From: the human T2T-CHM13v2.0 reference genome, Homo sapiens
Direction: 5' to 3' (one strand)
Length of the DNA stretch: 64,000 bases
Assembly (NCBI RefSeq): GCF_009914755.1
Contig: NC_060925.1
The notes under the pieces are model-generated. The model did not search any database and had not been told where the DNA came from. It saw only the letters and a list, made by a program, of their open reading frames with translations. The stretch's first letter is position 1; each line of letters opens with the position of its first letter. Positions 39,698-63,620 of the stretch are shown here, one piece after another. Both the position numbers and the translations under genes were made by a program.

Positions 39698-42165
39698 CTA
39701 AGTAATTTAAAAGGGGAGGGAGGGGGCACACCCATAAAAACCAATAGAAAATATTCATTCTCAAGTAAAACAAGGAGAAAGGCTGTTTATTACAGAAAGC
39801 CTCTTTCTTGAAAGCCAGTCACGACAGTGTGCACATCTGTAGTCCCAGCTACTCAGGAGGCCAAACTGGGAGGACTGCTTGAGCTCAGGAGTTCAAGACC
39901 AACCTAAGCAGCAACAGACCCTGTCTCTTCAAAAAGGGGGCATGCAGAAAGGCTTATTCTCATTTTCACTGCATTAAGTTCCAAAAGACATGAAGGTCTA
40001 GGGTTACTCCAGTCCTACAGCTACTCAGAAAAGGGTACTAAAGAAAACTTTAGGTAAAGTAAGAAATAATATTATTTTTCTAAAGATATATAAATTATTC
40101 TGAAATCAGTTAAATAGGTTCAGAAACAACAGGTTTCTTCTACACAAACAGAATGGTACTCACTCACTTTCAGATAAACAGTAAAAGAGCTTGTTTGGGA
40201 CACTTTGTAACAAGCCAACAAGTCTGGTCTGGCTGGCGTGCCTTTCCCACAGTACAAAAGCATGTTGTACATCCAGCTCATCAGCTTTCTTTTTAAATAT
40301 GTCAAATTAATGAAGAATGCTCCTGGCTAATCCAGTGCTCTACTGGCACAAAGATCACTGAGAAAAGAACTCACATACTTATTCTTAAGCCACCATCCAC
40401 TTCTGTCCGTATCTATTATGTTATGCAGCACTAGGTAATTTAACTCCCAAATCTACACTCTACCACTCTGGGTGATTGCAACTTATCAGCCTGAAAGTGA
40501 TCTTTCTCTTCCTGACCCAATTCTACTTCCTGAAACCCTAACGCAAGAGTGTAGACCCCCTTGTCTTTCAGTATCACTGGTTTCTCAAAGAAGATCTATG
40601 AGAAAAAATGTAGTAATAGATATCTCACTTATCTGGAGTTAAAATACAGCCTCAAGCCAAAAGAAAGATTAAAAAAAAAGAAAGTCCTCATTCTCTAAAT
40701 GAGACTCTAGAGCTCTTGCTTAGAACCTATTGACTCTTACTAAGAAAAAATTCTCAAACTCATTACTCGTTTAGACGCAGCAAAATGAGAAGTGATAAGA
40801 AAGAACTGATTAGTAAAAGGAGAGAATAAACACCAAGCTCTAGAATCATGTAATAAAACAATATAAAAATGAATGTTTATCATAATGTTCCTAGGTTTAA
40901 AAAAAATTGAATGTTTTCTATTAAAGTGTTTAAAATGTTTGGATACTGAAAAGTATAAACTTCATTAATCTAAAACATGCATTCTTAATGAGGTTATACA
41001 TTGCCTTTAAGGGGGTGAAAAAACTTAGATATTACAATTTGTGCCCCACCCCCCTGCCGTGCAAAGGACAACCCTACCTGAAGAAATCCTTTTCTTGGCT
41101 GAGTACTGTGGCTCATGACTATAATCCCAGCACTTCGGTAGGCTGAGGCAGGAGGATCGCTTGAGCCTAGGAGTTTGGAACCAGCCTGGGCAACACAGCA
41201 AAACATCTCTAAAAAAAATTAAAAATTTAAAAAACTAGCCAGGTATAGTAGTGCACACCCGTAGTCCCAGCTACTCAGGAGGCCGAGGCAGGAGGACATC
41301 TGAGCCCAGGAGGTCAAGGCTGCAGTGAGCCATGATTGTGCCACTGTACTCCAGCCTGGGCAACAAAGTAAGACTCTATCTCTTAAAAAAAAAAAAAAAA
41401 AGTAATAATAATAATGAATGTTTTAAATCCTATATTCTAACATTAAGTTTCACTGAGGGGGGTAAAATTAGGAGGAAAAATATCAAATTCATTTGAGTGG
41501 AATACTTCACAACCCCTATGAATATGAGATGTTACTTTAATATTTAATCTGTATAACCATCAATAGAACAGGTCCTTCATTAGATGTTCTACTATGCTGG
41601 AAGTGGTATCACTCCTAATACTGCAGAAAAATAAACCTAACATGAGGCTGCAATTCCAAAACAACCTAAAAAAACATGACCTTGTGAGTTCATTCACTAC
41701 CTCTCTTCCCTACCAGATAGTTTCCATGTGCAAAGGTGAGCTGATCTGTGAGACAGTTAATAAAATCCACCTCCCACTGGGAAAGCTGCTGGGGCAGAAC
41801 ACGGCATTGCATAATCAGTTATGAAACCCAAATCACAATGTAAACAAACTGCATGCCAGAAAAAATGTATATGAAAACTGTTATACAAGCAAAGATCAAA
41901 TAGAAAATGAAGCAACATTATATAGGCCCTAGGGGAAAACGATATTGTACTATGCATTTAAAATGTAACAAAGTAGGCTGCAATTATTTATTGAGGGAGT
42001 TGAACTGAAGCAATAACTCAGGGCCTCCCAACCTGCTGAGCTAGAACAACACATCAATCTCCACTAACTGCTATTACCAAATCTCTCTCATCATCTGGGC
42101 AAACTGAAGAACTGACTGCTCTCTAGTTGTAAAGGAATTTGGGGTCAGCGCGCCAGGCTTTCTTA

Positions 42166-42312
<147 letters not shown>

Positions 42313-42936
42313 CTATTAAATGATGGTTTAGAAGTATATTTAATTCAACCAACACTGAGACAGTGTATGTGCCAGGCACTTTGCTAACTGTCAGGAATAC
42401 AGAATAATCAGAAGATCTTGCCATATAGTGAGAGATCATAAACAGAAAATTCCAATATGCTGTGGTAAGTGCTATGAGGCCACAGCAAACAAAAAAGACA
42501 GAAGACTTACAGCATAGGGAAACACCTGGCTATTTGCTTCCCTGTCAGAAGTTCAAACAGGTACCAGGGCTAATATGTCTATTTTAGCATATCCAGGAGT
42601 CTAGTCTTCTCAGCAAGGGTGAACAAGGAGACCAGGATTGCCAGTGAATTACAGTTTACACAGTCTTACCCTACATAGTAGCACCTACGTAAATAAGGTC
42701 AGTGTTGGACATCTCCCTAATATACATACTGTGCTGCCAGCCAGGAAATACTGAATCAGGCTAATGGCTAACGTACTGGGTTTTTTTTAATATAATTTTT
42801 CTAAAGAATTATACATATTTTTTTCTTGAATCGCATCTGTTTTTTTTTTTGAGACAGGGTCTCGCTCTGTTGCCCAGGCTGGAGTACAGTGGCGCAATCT
42901 CAGCTCACTGCAACCTCCGCCTCAAGCCTCAAGTGA

Positions 42937-43223
<287 letters not shown>

Positions 43224-43387
43224 TAGACCAGCCTGGAGGAACACACTTCACACATGGAGGTGGCATTTGCTTGAGAATATTAAGTAGGAAAATTATAGTT
43301 GCTGGGTATAAGAAATAGGCAAGAGTCAACCTTTCTCCCACTGAAATTAGACAGCAAGAAAGAGCAATCCATTTCCTCAGTGAGTTA

Positions 43388-43531
<144 letters not shown>

Positions 43532-44876
43532 TCAAGAGAATCCTGACTCACTTTGGAAGGACACCATTAGCAAGAAACCACATTCATTTATCTGCAGAGC
43601 AGAGGAGAAAGGGTGGGAACCAAAATGCGTTGATACCAGCCCTCAGTGTTTCCAACAAATTTCCAGAATCATGTCCAATCAGTTCTGGAGGGACTTGCAG
43701 AAACCAGAGACAAATGCATAGTGGTAATTCCTTCCAGTTCTAGAACTTTCTAGGTCTTGCTGCTAAAAGTCAAAGTTTTATTAGTATTCCAAATCAGTTC
43801 AATAAGCACAAGCCCAAGGACTCTCACAGAACCAAGTGTCAGCTGCTCAGGAGGCCATCAAGGTGACATCCATTGCATGACTTTGCCTTCTAAGGCAAAA
43901 CACAAGCTGGTTTCTCTAAGGTTCTTAGACTTAGTCAGTCTCTACCATCATGGAGAGACTATCACATTTTGCCACTTGAGGCTTGACCAAATTAAGTGAG
44001 ATGCACAGGTTCTGAAGATAAATAGACTTCAATTTCCAGGTTCAGCTCTTGGACAATTACTCAGCCTGTCTGAGTTTCAGTTTTCTCACCTGTAAAAATC
44101 CCCATGAGCCTTAAATGTGACAATTCATAGAAATCCCCTATCACAATGCCTAAAAAATAGTAAGCACTCAATTTACTATAGCCACTATTGTTTTTTCATC
44201 TCTGCTACTTTAAATTTTTCTCTTTAGAATCTCCGTTGAACAGATAATTATCTGCTTTAAGGCGGCCTTTGCTCCTGAGAATAATTTTTTTTTTTGAGAC
44301 AGGGTCTCACTCTGTCACCAAGACTGGAGTGTAGTGGCGCGAAAACAGTTCACTGCAGCCTCAACCTCCCAGGGCTCGAGTCATCCTCCCACCTCAGCTC
44401 CCGCCACCAAGTAGCTGGGACTACAAGCACATGCCACCACATCTGGCTAATTTTTGTATTTTTTGTAGAGGTAAGGTTTCACGATGTTACTTGCCCAGGC
44501 TGATCTTGAACTCCTGAGCTCAAGCAATCCATCCACTGCAGCATCCCAAAGTGCTGAGGTTACAGGCGATAGCCATCGTGCCTGGCCGAAAATAACTTTT
44601 TTTAAAAGACTTTCAATATCCAGGTAAATAATCATTTACACATTTCTCCTTGCCAGCCAATCTGCAGGCATAGAGACAGACCACCTCTTTTCTACTAGAA
44701 TCCCACTAACCCTTAAGCGGCTAAGGCAGGGTGGGAAGAAAGATGTTACCAATCAAGGATCATAAAGAAAAAACACTGTTTGCTTTAAAAAGAGAAAACA
44801 AATTCTCTATTTCCCCCTTTAAATTAAGTATAGGGAGCATACAATTTCCACAGTAAGATAAAATGTCAATTATACA

Positions 44877-45092
44877 CAAGTTAAATATCCCTTATCCAAA
44901 ATACTTGGGACCAAGGAAATGTTTCAGATTTTGAATTATTTGCATTATACTTACTGGTTGAGCATCCCAAACCTGAAAATCTGAAAACTGAAATGCTCCA
45001 ATGAGCATTTCCTTTGAGCATCATCTCAGCACTCCAAAAGTTTCAGATTTTGGAGTATTTTGGATTTTAGATTTTCAGATGTTCAACCTGTA
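44877..45092 (+). mobile_element. Tigger4a/MER46A element (a second, reversed partial copy lies at about 49820-50018)
   Basis: TATCCCTTATCCAAAATACTTGGGACCA...TTTTGGATTTTAGATTTTCAGATG..CAACCTG. Confidence 0.8.
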
Positions 45093-45635
45093 GTATGATT
45101 AACAAAGGGAAAGTGAGCAAAGAAATGAAAAGGGGAAGGGAAAAATGTTAAGATTCCAGAAGAGGAGAGAGTGGAAAGAGGAAAGAAGATGGGATAGGAC
45201 ATACTTCACGGGAAAAGGTTTAACTTATTTGTGCAAGCCATGAAATGACTGTGATATTGAGCAAACACCCTTCTACTCTTTGGGCCTCAGTATCTAGTAC
45301 CTTCACCTGTCGAATCAAGAAGGCTGATTGGGGCCAGGCGTGGTGGCTCACACTTGTAATTCCAGCACTTTGGGAGGCCGAGGCAGTAGGACCACTTGAG
45401 CCCAGGGGTTCAAGACCAGCTTGTCAACATAGCAAAATCCATCTCTACAAAAAATAAAATAGCCGGGCATGGTGGCTCATGCCTGTTATCCCAGCACTTT
45501 GGAAGGCCGAGGCAGGTGGATCACGAGGTCAGGAGTTCGAGACCAGCCTGGCCAACATGGTGAAACCCCGTCTCTACCAAAGATACAAAAAATTAGCCAG
45601 GTGTGGTGGCATGTGCCTGTAGTCCCAGCTACTCA

Positions 45636-45770
<135 letters not shown>

Positions 45771-46384
45771 TCAGCTGGGTGTGGTGGTAAGCACCTGTAG
45801 TCCCAGATATTTAGGACGCTGAGGTGGGAGGATCACCTGAGCCCAGGAGGTCAAGGTGGCAATGAGCCATGACGGTGCCACTGCACTCCAACCTAGGCAA
45901 CAGAGTGAGACTGTCTCTAGGAGAAAAAAAAAAAAAAAAAAAATTCACGTACCTCCATTTGAATCTATATCTGGGTTTTCTATTCTGTGCCACAAATATA
46001 TCTAGTACTAAATAAGTTCCATGCTATTATAATTATTATGACTTTTCAATCTTTTAATATATAGCAATCCAGATACTAAAGGCAGTCTGCATGTTAAGAC
46101 ATAAGGGCAATCCCCCTTATATTATTCTTTTTGCAAAAATTTCTTGGTTTTACCCAGAACTATATTTTCCAGTCCTCTCCCATCTAACAACCCCTTTGAA
46201 ATTCTAACTATAACTCCATTATATTTATAGATTAACTTCGTATCTCCATTTAAAGGATAGAAAACCGAAGCTCAGTGGGGTTAAGGAAATGCTTTACCCA
46301 GTAAAATTCACATGGTAAAAAAGGCAGTTCTAGGACTGTAACACAAATTTTCTGATTCTTAAATTGGTGTTCTTATCACTAAAA

Positions 46385-46545
46385 CAGTGCTTCTCAAATT
46401 TTAATGTGTATATAAATCACTGGGGACTCCCGTTATAATGCAGATTCTAATTCAGTAGGTCTGGAGTGGGGCCCAAGAATCAGCATTTCTAACAAGTTCC
46501 CAGAGAATGATGATGCCACAGTCTAAGGACAAGAATTTGGGTGAC
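46385..46545. mobile_element. MER5-like hAT fossil
   Basis: CAGTGCTTCTCAAA...CAGATTCTAATTCAGTAGGTCTGG...CATTTCTAACAAGTTCCCAG. Confidence 0.75.
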
Positions 46546-46675
46546 AAAGACACTGTATCTTTCAGTCCATAGTCTGATGGGGATGGCATCCATCAGTATT
46601 TAGGCCTTGGGTGCCCCTTCTGAGAAGAAATTGCCACTAGAAAGAAAACTTCTCTCTTGGCTTGGGCTGCTTTCA

Positions 46676-46852
<177 letters not shown>

Positions 46853-47734
46853 CTAGGGGAAAGAAAATTAACATGAGAAAGTCAACCACCTCCATAAAAG
46901 ATGCATACTTAATGAATAGAAATTTTGATCTATTTCTCCCTCCTGCCAAACACTTCACTGACCCAAAGCACCAGGGTAGATGTATTCTAACAAACAGCAC
47001 AGCCAGATCCACGAAACCCAAAACAAAGAAAGAAGAAAATACAGCATTGGTTTTCTTATCAAATAGTAGCTATTAGCTCAGATTTAAAGGTAAGAAGGAT
47101 ATGTAAATACATGCCCAGAATTAGTAAAAACGAATTCTGCATGGCCAGAACTTTAAAGCACTGAAAATTGGGCAGGTTGTTTTACTTATCACAAGACTCC
47201 AGAAAGGTAACATTTGCATTCATTGCTCATAGTTCTACTTCAAAATGCTTAGGTATTTCTTGGATTTAAATAGCTCTAAAAGGTTTTCAGAATTTGTGTA
47301 AGATTGGTTCCATTTGTGGAGAAGGAGTCTACAAAAATACATATAAAACATACACATACACACTTTGAAGTCAGAACCCCTAATACTGCTGTACTCTAGT
47401 GGAAACATTGTGATCTATCAAAATTACTGCTTCAGGGGTCAGCAAGGACAATCTAAATACTCAAAGGCAATATCCTGTCTGTGAGCTCTTGATCTGCCAA
47501 TTCGACTAAAAAGTTCAAGTGTACTTTTTCTAAATGCAAGGTCTCCAAGAACAGATCTGAAAATACCAGTTTGAAAATAGGGATGAATACTTTGAGATTA
47601 AATGTTCTCTGTAATCACTGATTCTACAGGGAGCACTGAATGAACAAATAATAAGTTCCGTAGAGCCCACAAAGATGTTAAAAGCATTTTTATCTCACGT
47701 TTCCCTTTACTTACACGGGTGTCAAATAAGTACA

Positions 47735-47990
47735 GTACAGTGTAATGGTTAGGAGGAAAGACCCTGGCGCCAGGCTGCCTCAGCTCATTTCCTAGCTCTA
47801 CCACTTACTAGTTATTCGTAGTTGAAGAAGTCAGTTACTAACCTCTCTGGGCCTCAATCTCTCATCAGTAAAATGAAAATAATAATATCTACCTCATAGG
47901 GTTGTTGTGGGGATTAAATGAGTTACTACTAAAAAGCACTTAGTTTTTGCCTGGCACATTTTAAGGGCCACATTGAGGGTCACTATTACC
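47735..47990 (+). mobile_element. MIR element (other MIRs at about 6175-6350, 9380-9610, 18175-18430, 25880-26120, 35950-36150 and 38560-38810)
   Basis: MIR core: CCTCAATCTCTCATCAGTAAAATG..ACCTCATAGGGTTGTTGTG..ATTAAATGAG. Confidence 0.75.
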
Positions 47991-48584
47991 TAATTGCTAT
48001 CATTATCACTACTACTATCACAATAACTAAAGGAGAAAGGGAAATAATTTTAGTGTTACTGTTTAATACTCAGAAGGCTCTATGCTCTTAGTGACTGAGG
48101 TCATTTACCAAGCAAGGATATAAGCTATCTTCAATGAAATAAAATCGGTAAACAGTAAAACAGCATATAAATAAAAAATAATGTAAATAAGAGCCATAAG
48201 GAAAGCATCAACTCTGCCTTTTTAACTCATTTAATTTGTGCCTGACAGCAGACTCACATTCTCATACCTGAAAATTAATGGAATCATAAATCATAGAGTA
48301 TTCTTTTCTGTGTATCTTGAACAAGACTTCCTTCTAATGTTATACAAGGTCATATGGTTATTATACACTGGTGTCTTCTATGCACATTAAGAAAACTAAA
48401 GGGGAGGCCGGACGCAGTGGTTCATGCCGGTAATCCCAGCACTTTGAAAGGCCAAGGCAGGCGGATCACGATGTCAGGAGTTCGAGACCAGCCTGACCAA
48501 CATGATGAAACCCCATCTCTACTAAAAATACACAAAAAATTAGCTGGGTGTCGTGGCGTGTGCCTATAATCCTAGCTATACTCA

Positions 48585-48770
<186 letters not shown>

Positions 48771-50404
48771 CTAGCACTTTGGGAGGCTGAGGTGGGTGGA
48801 TCACTTGAGCTCATGAGTTCAAGACCAGCCTGGGAGACATGGCTAAACTGCGGCTCTATAAAAAATGAAAAATTAGCCAGGTGTGGTGACACACACCTGT
48901 AGTTCCGCTACTGGGGAGGCTGAGGTGGGAGGATCCTTGTGCCTGGAAGGCGGAGGCTGCAGCGAGCCGAGATCATACCACTGCACTCCAGCCTGGGCAA
49001 TAGAGCCAGACTTTGTCTCAAAAAAAAAAAAGAAAGAAAGAAAGAAAAGAAAACTAAAGGGAGGAAAAGAGTTAATAATAACTGTTTATTCCTCTCTCTC
49101 TCTCTTTTTCTCACAGCCCTTGGTTGGCTCTGCTGTAGCTTAGAATTCCAAATGATCCCATTTTAAAGAGCTCACATAGCAACAACTTGATTTTGCTAGT
49201 AGAGGATTTCTAAATCCTGTTAAGTATGTTACAGTAAAAAGGATTCTAAATTTTTACACTGAGATTAATGTTAATCAGTGTCAAATGCATAGCTGCAAAT
49301 GTACAATTACCCACACCTCCAACAAGGACAAAATGTAAATATCTCTACCAGCACCTTCTATCAGAAACCCTAGAAGGCTAGATAAAATTTCTTCCTGTAA
49401 TCTGCCTTTAGGTGTATCTTCTAGAGGCCCTTAAAATGGTGAGCTTAAACAAACGGACACATAAATATAATTCAAACAGAAGGTAACCCAGAGCTAGCTC
49501 ACCTTATTTACTAAAGGAAGTGGCCTATGGTACTGCTTATGATAGATAATACAAATGCCACCAAATATCAGGAAGAAGAAAAGAGTATTAATGGTTTAAA
49601 GAAAGCAGAGCTCTTACTCATAGTTAACAAAAACTGTAACTCATAAAAGTACTAAATCTTGGTTACTAATATAAATTGTCATCTTTGGGTAGTCTGTTAA
49701 CTCTTTGCCTCTTACACATTCAGATTAAAAGAAATGGGTCATAAAGATGTGGGTGATACAGACTAGACATCTGATTTACATATAATATGGTTTTATGGGT
49801 ATGTTTTATAGTCGTTAACTAAATCTAAAACTGAAAACTTCTGAGCACCAAACACACAACTCGGAGGAAACGCTCACTGGAGTATTTTGGATTTTAGATT
49901 TTCAGATTTGGGATGCTCAATTGGTAAATATAATGCAAATATTACAAAATCAGAAAAAACTAGGAAACCAAAACACTTCTGGTCCCAAGCATTTTGCATA
50001 ATGGATACTCAACCTGTACCACAGTACATTAAAGTACAATAAATGAAAGTATATGACTGTGACCTGCATTGCAACAATAGGGAAAGGAGAGACAAACTCT
50101 AAGTGAAACAAGATTGGCCAAGTGTTCATAATTATCGACTCTAGGTGATGGATATATGGGTAGTTCATTTCATTATTTGCCCTTCTTTCTTTATATGTTG
50201 GGAAATTTCCATGACAAAAAGTTTATTTTAAAAAAGCCGCGTGCAGTGGCTCACATCTGTAATTCCAGCACTCTGGGAGGCCGAGGCAGGCAGATCATGA
50301 GATCAGGAGTTCAAGACCAGCCTGACCAACATGGTGAAACCCCGTCTCTATTAAAAATACAAAAATCAGCCAGGCGTGGTGGCGCACGCCTGTAATCTCA
50401 GCTA

Positions 50405-51750
<1,346 letters not shown>

Positions 51751-53209
51751 AAAAAAAAAAAAAAAAAGACTTGGATGATAGCTTTTAGGCACAATAAGAA
51801 ACTAGTGAATAGCAGCAATGAAATAAAATTTTCAAAATTATTAAGAGCTGGTAATGTTCTATTTCTTGTGATATTCCGTTTCTTGAATTGAAATTCAGTT
51901 GAGTTGTGGTTACACAGATATTTTAACTTTTTATTATTGTATTGAGCTGTACAGTTATTAATTATGTGTTTTTATGGGTATCCTTTATTTATCAAATAAA
52001 ATCATACTGCACAGTTAAGAAGCAAAAACACAACATTTTTCACATTTGTACCAGGCATAAATATCTAAACAAACTTAGAAATTAATCAATTTTGTAAGTA
52101 TCACATTTGGTCCAGAGGTTTAGGTCACATCCATGCTCTAAATGCCACAATCAGGCTTATTATTTTATTACCAGCCTAGAAAACATTCACATGTGAGATT
52201 TGTAGCTGAATCTCTTACACTTACCCTATTTTTCAGCTTCAATTACAGTTTCAGCATCACTCTACCTACAATCAGCCTGAATGCTGGGAAGAGCCAAAAG
52301 GATCTGTGTTATCTTTCAAAGACAGCATGCCACTCTGCTCCATTTCCCCTTCTCCCAAAGGATACTTGTGATCTGTGTGCATGGAAATGATTTGGAATGA
52401 AATGCTTTTCTCTGCACAAACCATATTTTGACAACTAAGGGACAACTGGCTTCTTTGTAAGGCCTGATGACTGAAATATTCTGAAAAATTCCAGGTTTAA
52501 TCCACTTCATCAATTATCTAACATAATTGACTTATCTCTACAAACATTTACTAAGCGTCTACTATGTGTTAGGTATACTGCAACATGTTAGTTATGAAAA
52601 GAAGATTAAGAAAGTCCCATGGACGGGCATGGTGGCTCACACCTATAATCCCAGCACGTTAGAAGGCTGAGTAGGAGGATCACTTGAGACCAGGAGTTCA
52701 AGACCAGCCCGGCCAATATAGTGAGACTCCATCTCTACCAAAAATTTAAAAATTAGTTGGGTGTGGTGGCACGTGCCTCCCGGCTACTTGGGAGGCTGAG
52801 GCAGGAGGACTGCTTAGGCCCAGGAGTCCAAGGCTATAGTGAGCTAAAAAGGTGCCCCTGCACTCCAGCCTGGGCAACAGAGCAAGACCCTGTCTCTTAA
52901 AAAAAAAGAGTCCTAGTCCTCAGAGTCCAAGTTAGACACAAATAGCTGTAATTAAAGAAGATACATGATACAAGAGTGTATAACCACTAAACATTTAATG
53001 TTCTAGGCATTAAATTGGGCATTATAGAAAAATATACCACTTTGTTGCACCTCTATTGATGGTTTATTTCCACACTGAAAAAAAAAATTTGTAAAAATGG
53101 TACAACGCTGAAATAACCTGAACTCTCCAAATCAACAGAGCTGAAATGCCTGGAGGAACTAATGAAGGTAAAAGAAATCTACAACAGAGAAAAAAAAAAA
53201 GAGATATGA

Positions 53210-54105
<896 letters not shown>

Positions 54106-55276
54106 AAAGAAATTTCACCTTGCAGATACTCCCCCCAGTTTTTTACGTGTACAGCCAAAGATCCCATCCTTTTAAGGCTCCATCCTTTTGGGCTGCCTTG
54201 CTGTAGGGTGGCCCTGAGTGTGCTAATCAGCAGCAGTGTCCGTGGCAGTGGGCAGATCCCAGAGCTCTGAGTGCTGGCTGTGATGTCCCAACATAGCTGT
54301 CTACAAGCAAAAGGAAAAGCTGCCCCCTGGTTTGGTTCCTTCCCTGCAAGTTATCTTCCACCTTTTCACTTATGTCCTTCCCATTTCAAATTAGATCCTA
54401 AAGTCCTTCAATCACTTTCTTGCCTCAATGGATTACACCTGCCTTGAAAACCACAACCTTGGATTATGGCTCAATATAATCACTGCTTGCTGCCCTCCAC
54501 TGCCCTATGGATATCTTACTGAGATCATTAATGAACACTGACTGCCAAATATAACACTTTTCTACTAAGCTCTCAAAGCAAGTAATGGAAAAAGCAACAA
54601 TCTGATACTATTGAGCTCTCTCCCCTTCATAATCACTCCCCTTTGGGGCTTCAAGGGCACCATTCTTTCCAGGTTTTTCTTCCTATCCCACTAGGCCTTC
54701 CTCCATCTACTTTACTGAGGCCAGCCACTGATCTATTAGCAGTATCTGTCAGGAAACAATATTGAGAAATGGCAGTCTTTATGGCATCCATCTGCCTTTT
54801 TGTATTATGAACTTTCTCTGGGTGACACCCATGGCTTCTACAACCACTGTTGTGCTGATAACTCCCAAAATCCATATCCACAATCTAGTTCTCTTTTTGT
54901 GGTGCCAGACCTGTATATTCAACTGTCTAGTGGACATTCCATCATTGAGAGGCACATAGCATATAGAAAAGTGGTTAACAGTAAGGATTCTCATCAGGCA
55001 TGGTGGCTCACGCCTGTAATCCCAGCACCGTGGGTGGCTGAGGCAGGCAGATCACTGGAGCCCAAAGTTTGAGACCAGCTGGGCAACATTGTGAGACTCT
55101 GTCTCTACAAAAAAAAAAAAAAAAAAAGAAAAGAAAATTAGTCAGGCATGGTGGTGTGCACCTGTAGTCCCAACTACTCAGGAGGCTAAGATGGGAGGGT
55201 CATTTGAGCCCAAGAGGGTGAGCTGCAGTGGGCCATAATTGCACCACTACACTCCAGCCTGGGCAGCACAACGAGA

Positions 55277-55565
55277 CAAGAAAGAAAGGAAAGAAGAGAG
55301 TGATAAAGGAAAGAAGAGAGTGATAAAGGAAAGAAAAGAAAAAGAAAGGAAGGAAGGGAGGGAAGGAATGAAAGGAAAAAGAAAGAAAAGAAGAAAAGGA
55401 AAGAAAGAAGGAAAAGGAAAAGAAAGAAAGGGAGGAAAGAAAGGGAAGGAAAAGAAAAGAAAGAAAAGAAAAGAAAAGAAAAAGAAAAGAAAGGGAAGAG
55501 GGAGAGAGGGAGGGAGGGAAGGAAAGAAGAAAGGAAGGAAGGAAGGAAGGAAGGAAGGAGGAAGG
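55277..55565. repeat. Polypurine GA-rich low-complexity tract (similar tracts at 10878-10986, 12995-13142 and 62217-62352)
   Basis: Directly visible; almost entirely A/G. Confidence 0.93.
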
Positions 55566-55617
55566 TCAAGTTTTTCTTCTGGAACCTCAAGTTTCTCACA
55601 TCTAACATCTCTTCTAG

Positions 55618-55779
<162 letters not shown>

Positions 55780-56597
55780 TAGTTTTAATAGTCCAAGCTT
55801 CGGGAGAAAAGATAGTTTTAGCATAGGTAGATGAAAGGAAAAATTATTTTCTTAAAGATGTTGACACTCACTGGGAAGTTGATTTTCCTTTAGACAAATT
55901 CAACTGAAGAGATGTTGAAGAGTACGGGAAAGGCTGATTTCTTGACTCACTTTACTTTTTTAATTAAAAGAAAACTTTTTTTAAACATAACTTCAGTAGG
56001 TTAGGACTAATAAGTTTGCTGCAGGAACATCAAGGCAATTACTCTTTTCAACTCTGGCAGAAATTCAACTGTAGATATGCTGAATAAACTGGACACATTA
56101 AGATGCTCAGAAAGCAGGAGAAGGCCAGGCACAGTGGCTCACACCTGTAATCCCAACACCTTGGGAGGCCAAGATAGGAGGATCGCTTGAGCTCAGGAGT
56201 TTGAAACCAGCCTAGGCAACACAAAGACCCCATGTCTACAAAAAAAACAAAACAAAAACAAAAAAACAGTTTTAATCAGCCAGGCATGGTGGCACGTGCC
56301 TATAGTTCTAGCTGCTCAGGAGACTGAGGTGGGAGGACTGCTTGAGCCAGGAGGTCAGGGCTGCTGTGAGCCATGATTGCACCACTGCACTCCAGCCTGA
56401 AGTGAGACACTGTCTCAAAAAATAAAATAAAAAAGCAGGAGAATCTGTGCCTGATCTGTTGAGTCAGTGTGATGAGACTCATGGTTTGGAATTTATAGTG
56501 CAGATTATGGCTTTTATTCTTTCCTACGGCTCTTCTCTTTAAGGGAAAAGGGACCAGAATCATATAAGGCCATAGTTTTCTTCTTTTGTTTTTTTGA

Positions 56598-56756
<159 letters not shown>

Positions 56757-57366
56757 TAGTAGAGACGGGGTTTCTCCATGTTGGTCAGGCTAGTCTCGAA
56801 CTCCCAACCTCAGGTGATCCGCCCGCCTTGGCTTCCCAAAGTGCTGGGATTACAGGGGTGAGCCACTGCGCCTGGCCAAGGCCATAGTTTTCAAACTGAG
56901 ATGTGTATAACATACATGTGATACATTCTTCTGAAGTATCAATCTTACTAGGTAGCAGAAAAAAAAAATTGAAACATTTTTACATCTAAACAAACATTAG
57001 GGCAGAGAATGCAAAATTGGCACATATTTTTAAGTTAAAACATGAGAAACTGCGACACAGAGCTTCTGCAGTGGCTGCTTGGAGTCCACCTGCAAACAAA
57101 CACTGGAGAAGCTCTGCATCCAGTCCAAACACCCAACATTTTATATTCGAGAATACTCAGGCTCCCCTGGCCATATAACTGGCTGGAAGCAGAGACAGGA
57201 CTAATGCCAGGCTGCTCTGCCTATAACCCAAGCTATTTCTGCTGCCACTCACTAGAATTTTTATCCCCATTTGACTCTGGTATATTTGTTTGCTTCAAGT
57301 AATGAATTCCTACTGAGGTGAAATTAAATTCCAGAAACTGAGGAAAAGACAGCTACCACACACTGA

Positions 57367-57615
<249 letters not shown>

Positions 57616-57619
57616 TGAT

Positions 57620-63175
<5,556 letters not shown>

Positions 63176-63177
63176 CG

Positions 63178-63620
<443 letters not shown>

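Noticed and set aside
39445-39705. 86-aa plus-strand ORF
   Set aside because: Antisense shadow of TRIT1 exon 5, starting at a TTG in repeat-like sequence.
41987-41992. Intronic AATAAA (minus strand) about 175 nt after exon 4
   Set aside because: Such hexamers are common in this AT-rich intron, and exon 4 has a strong GTAAG donor.
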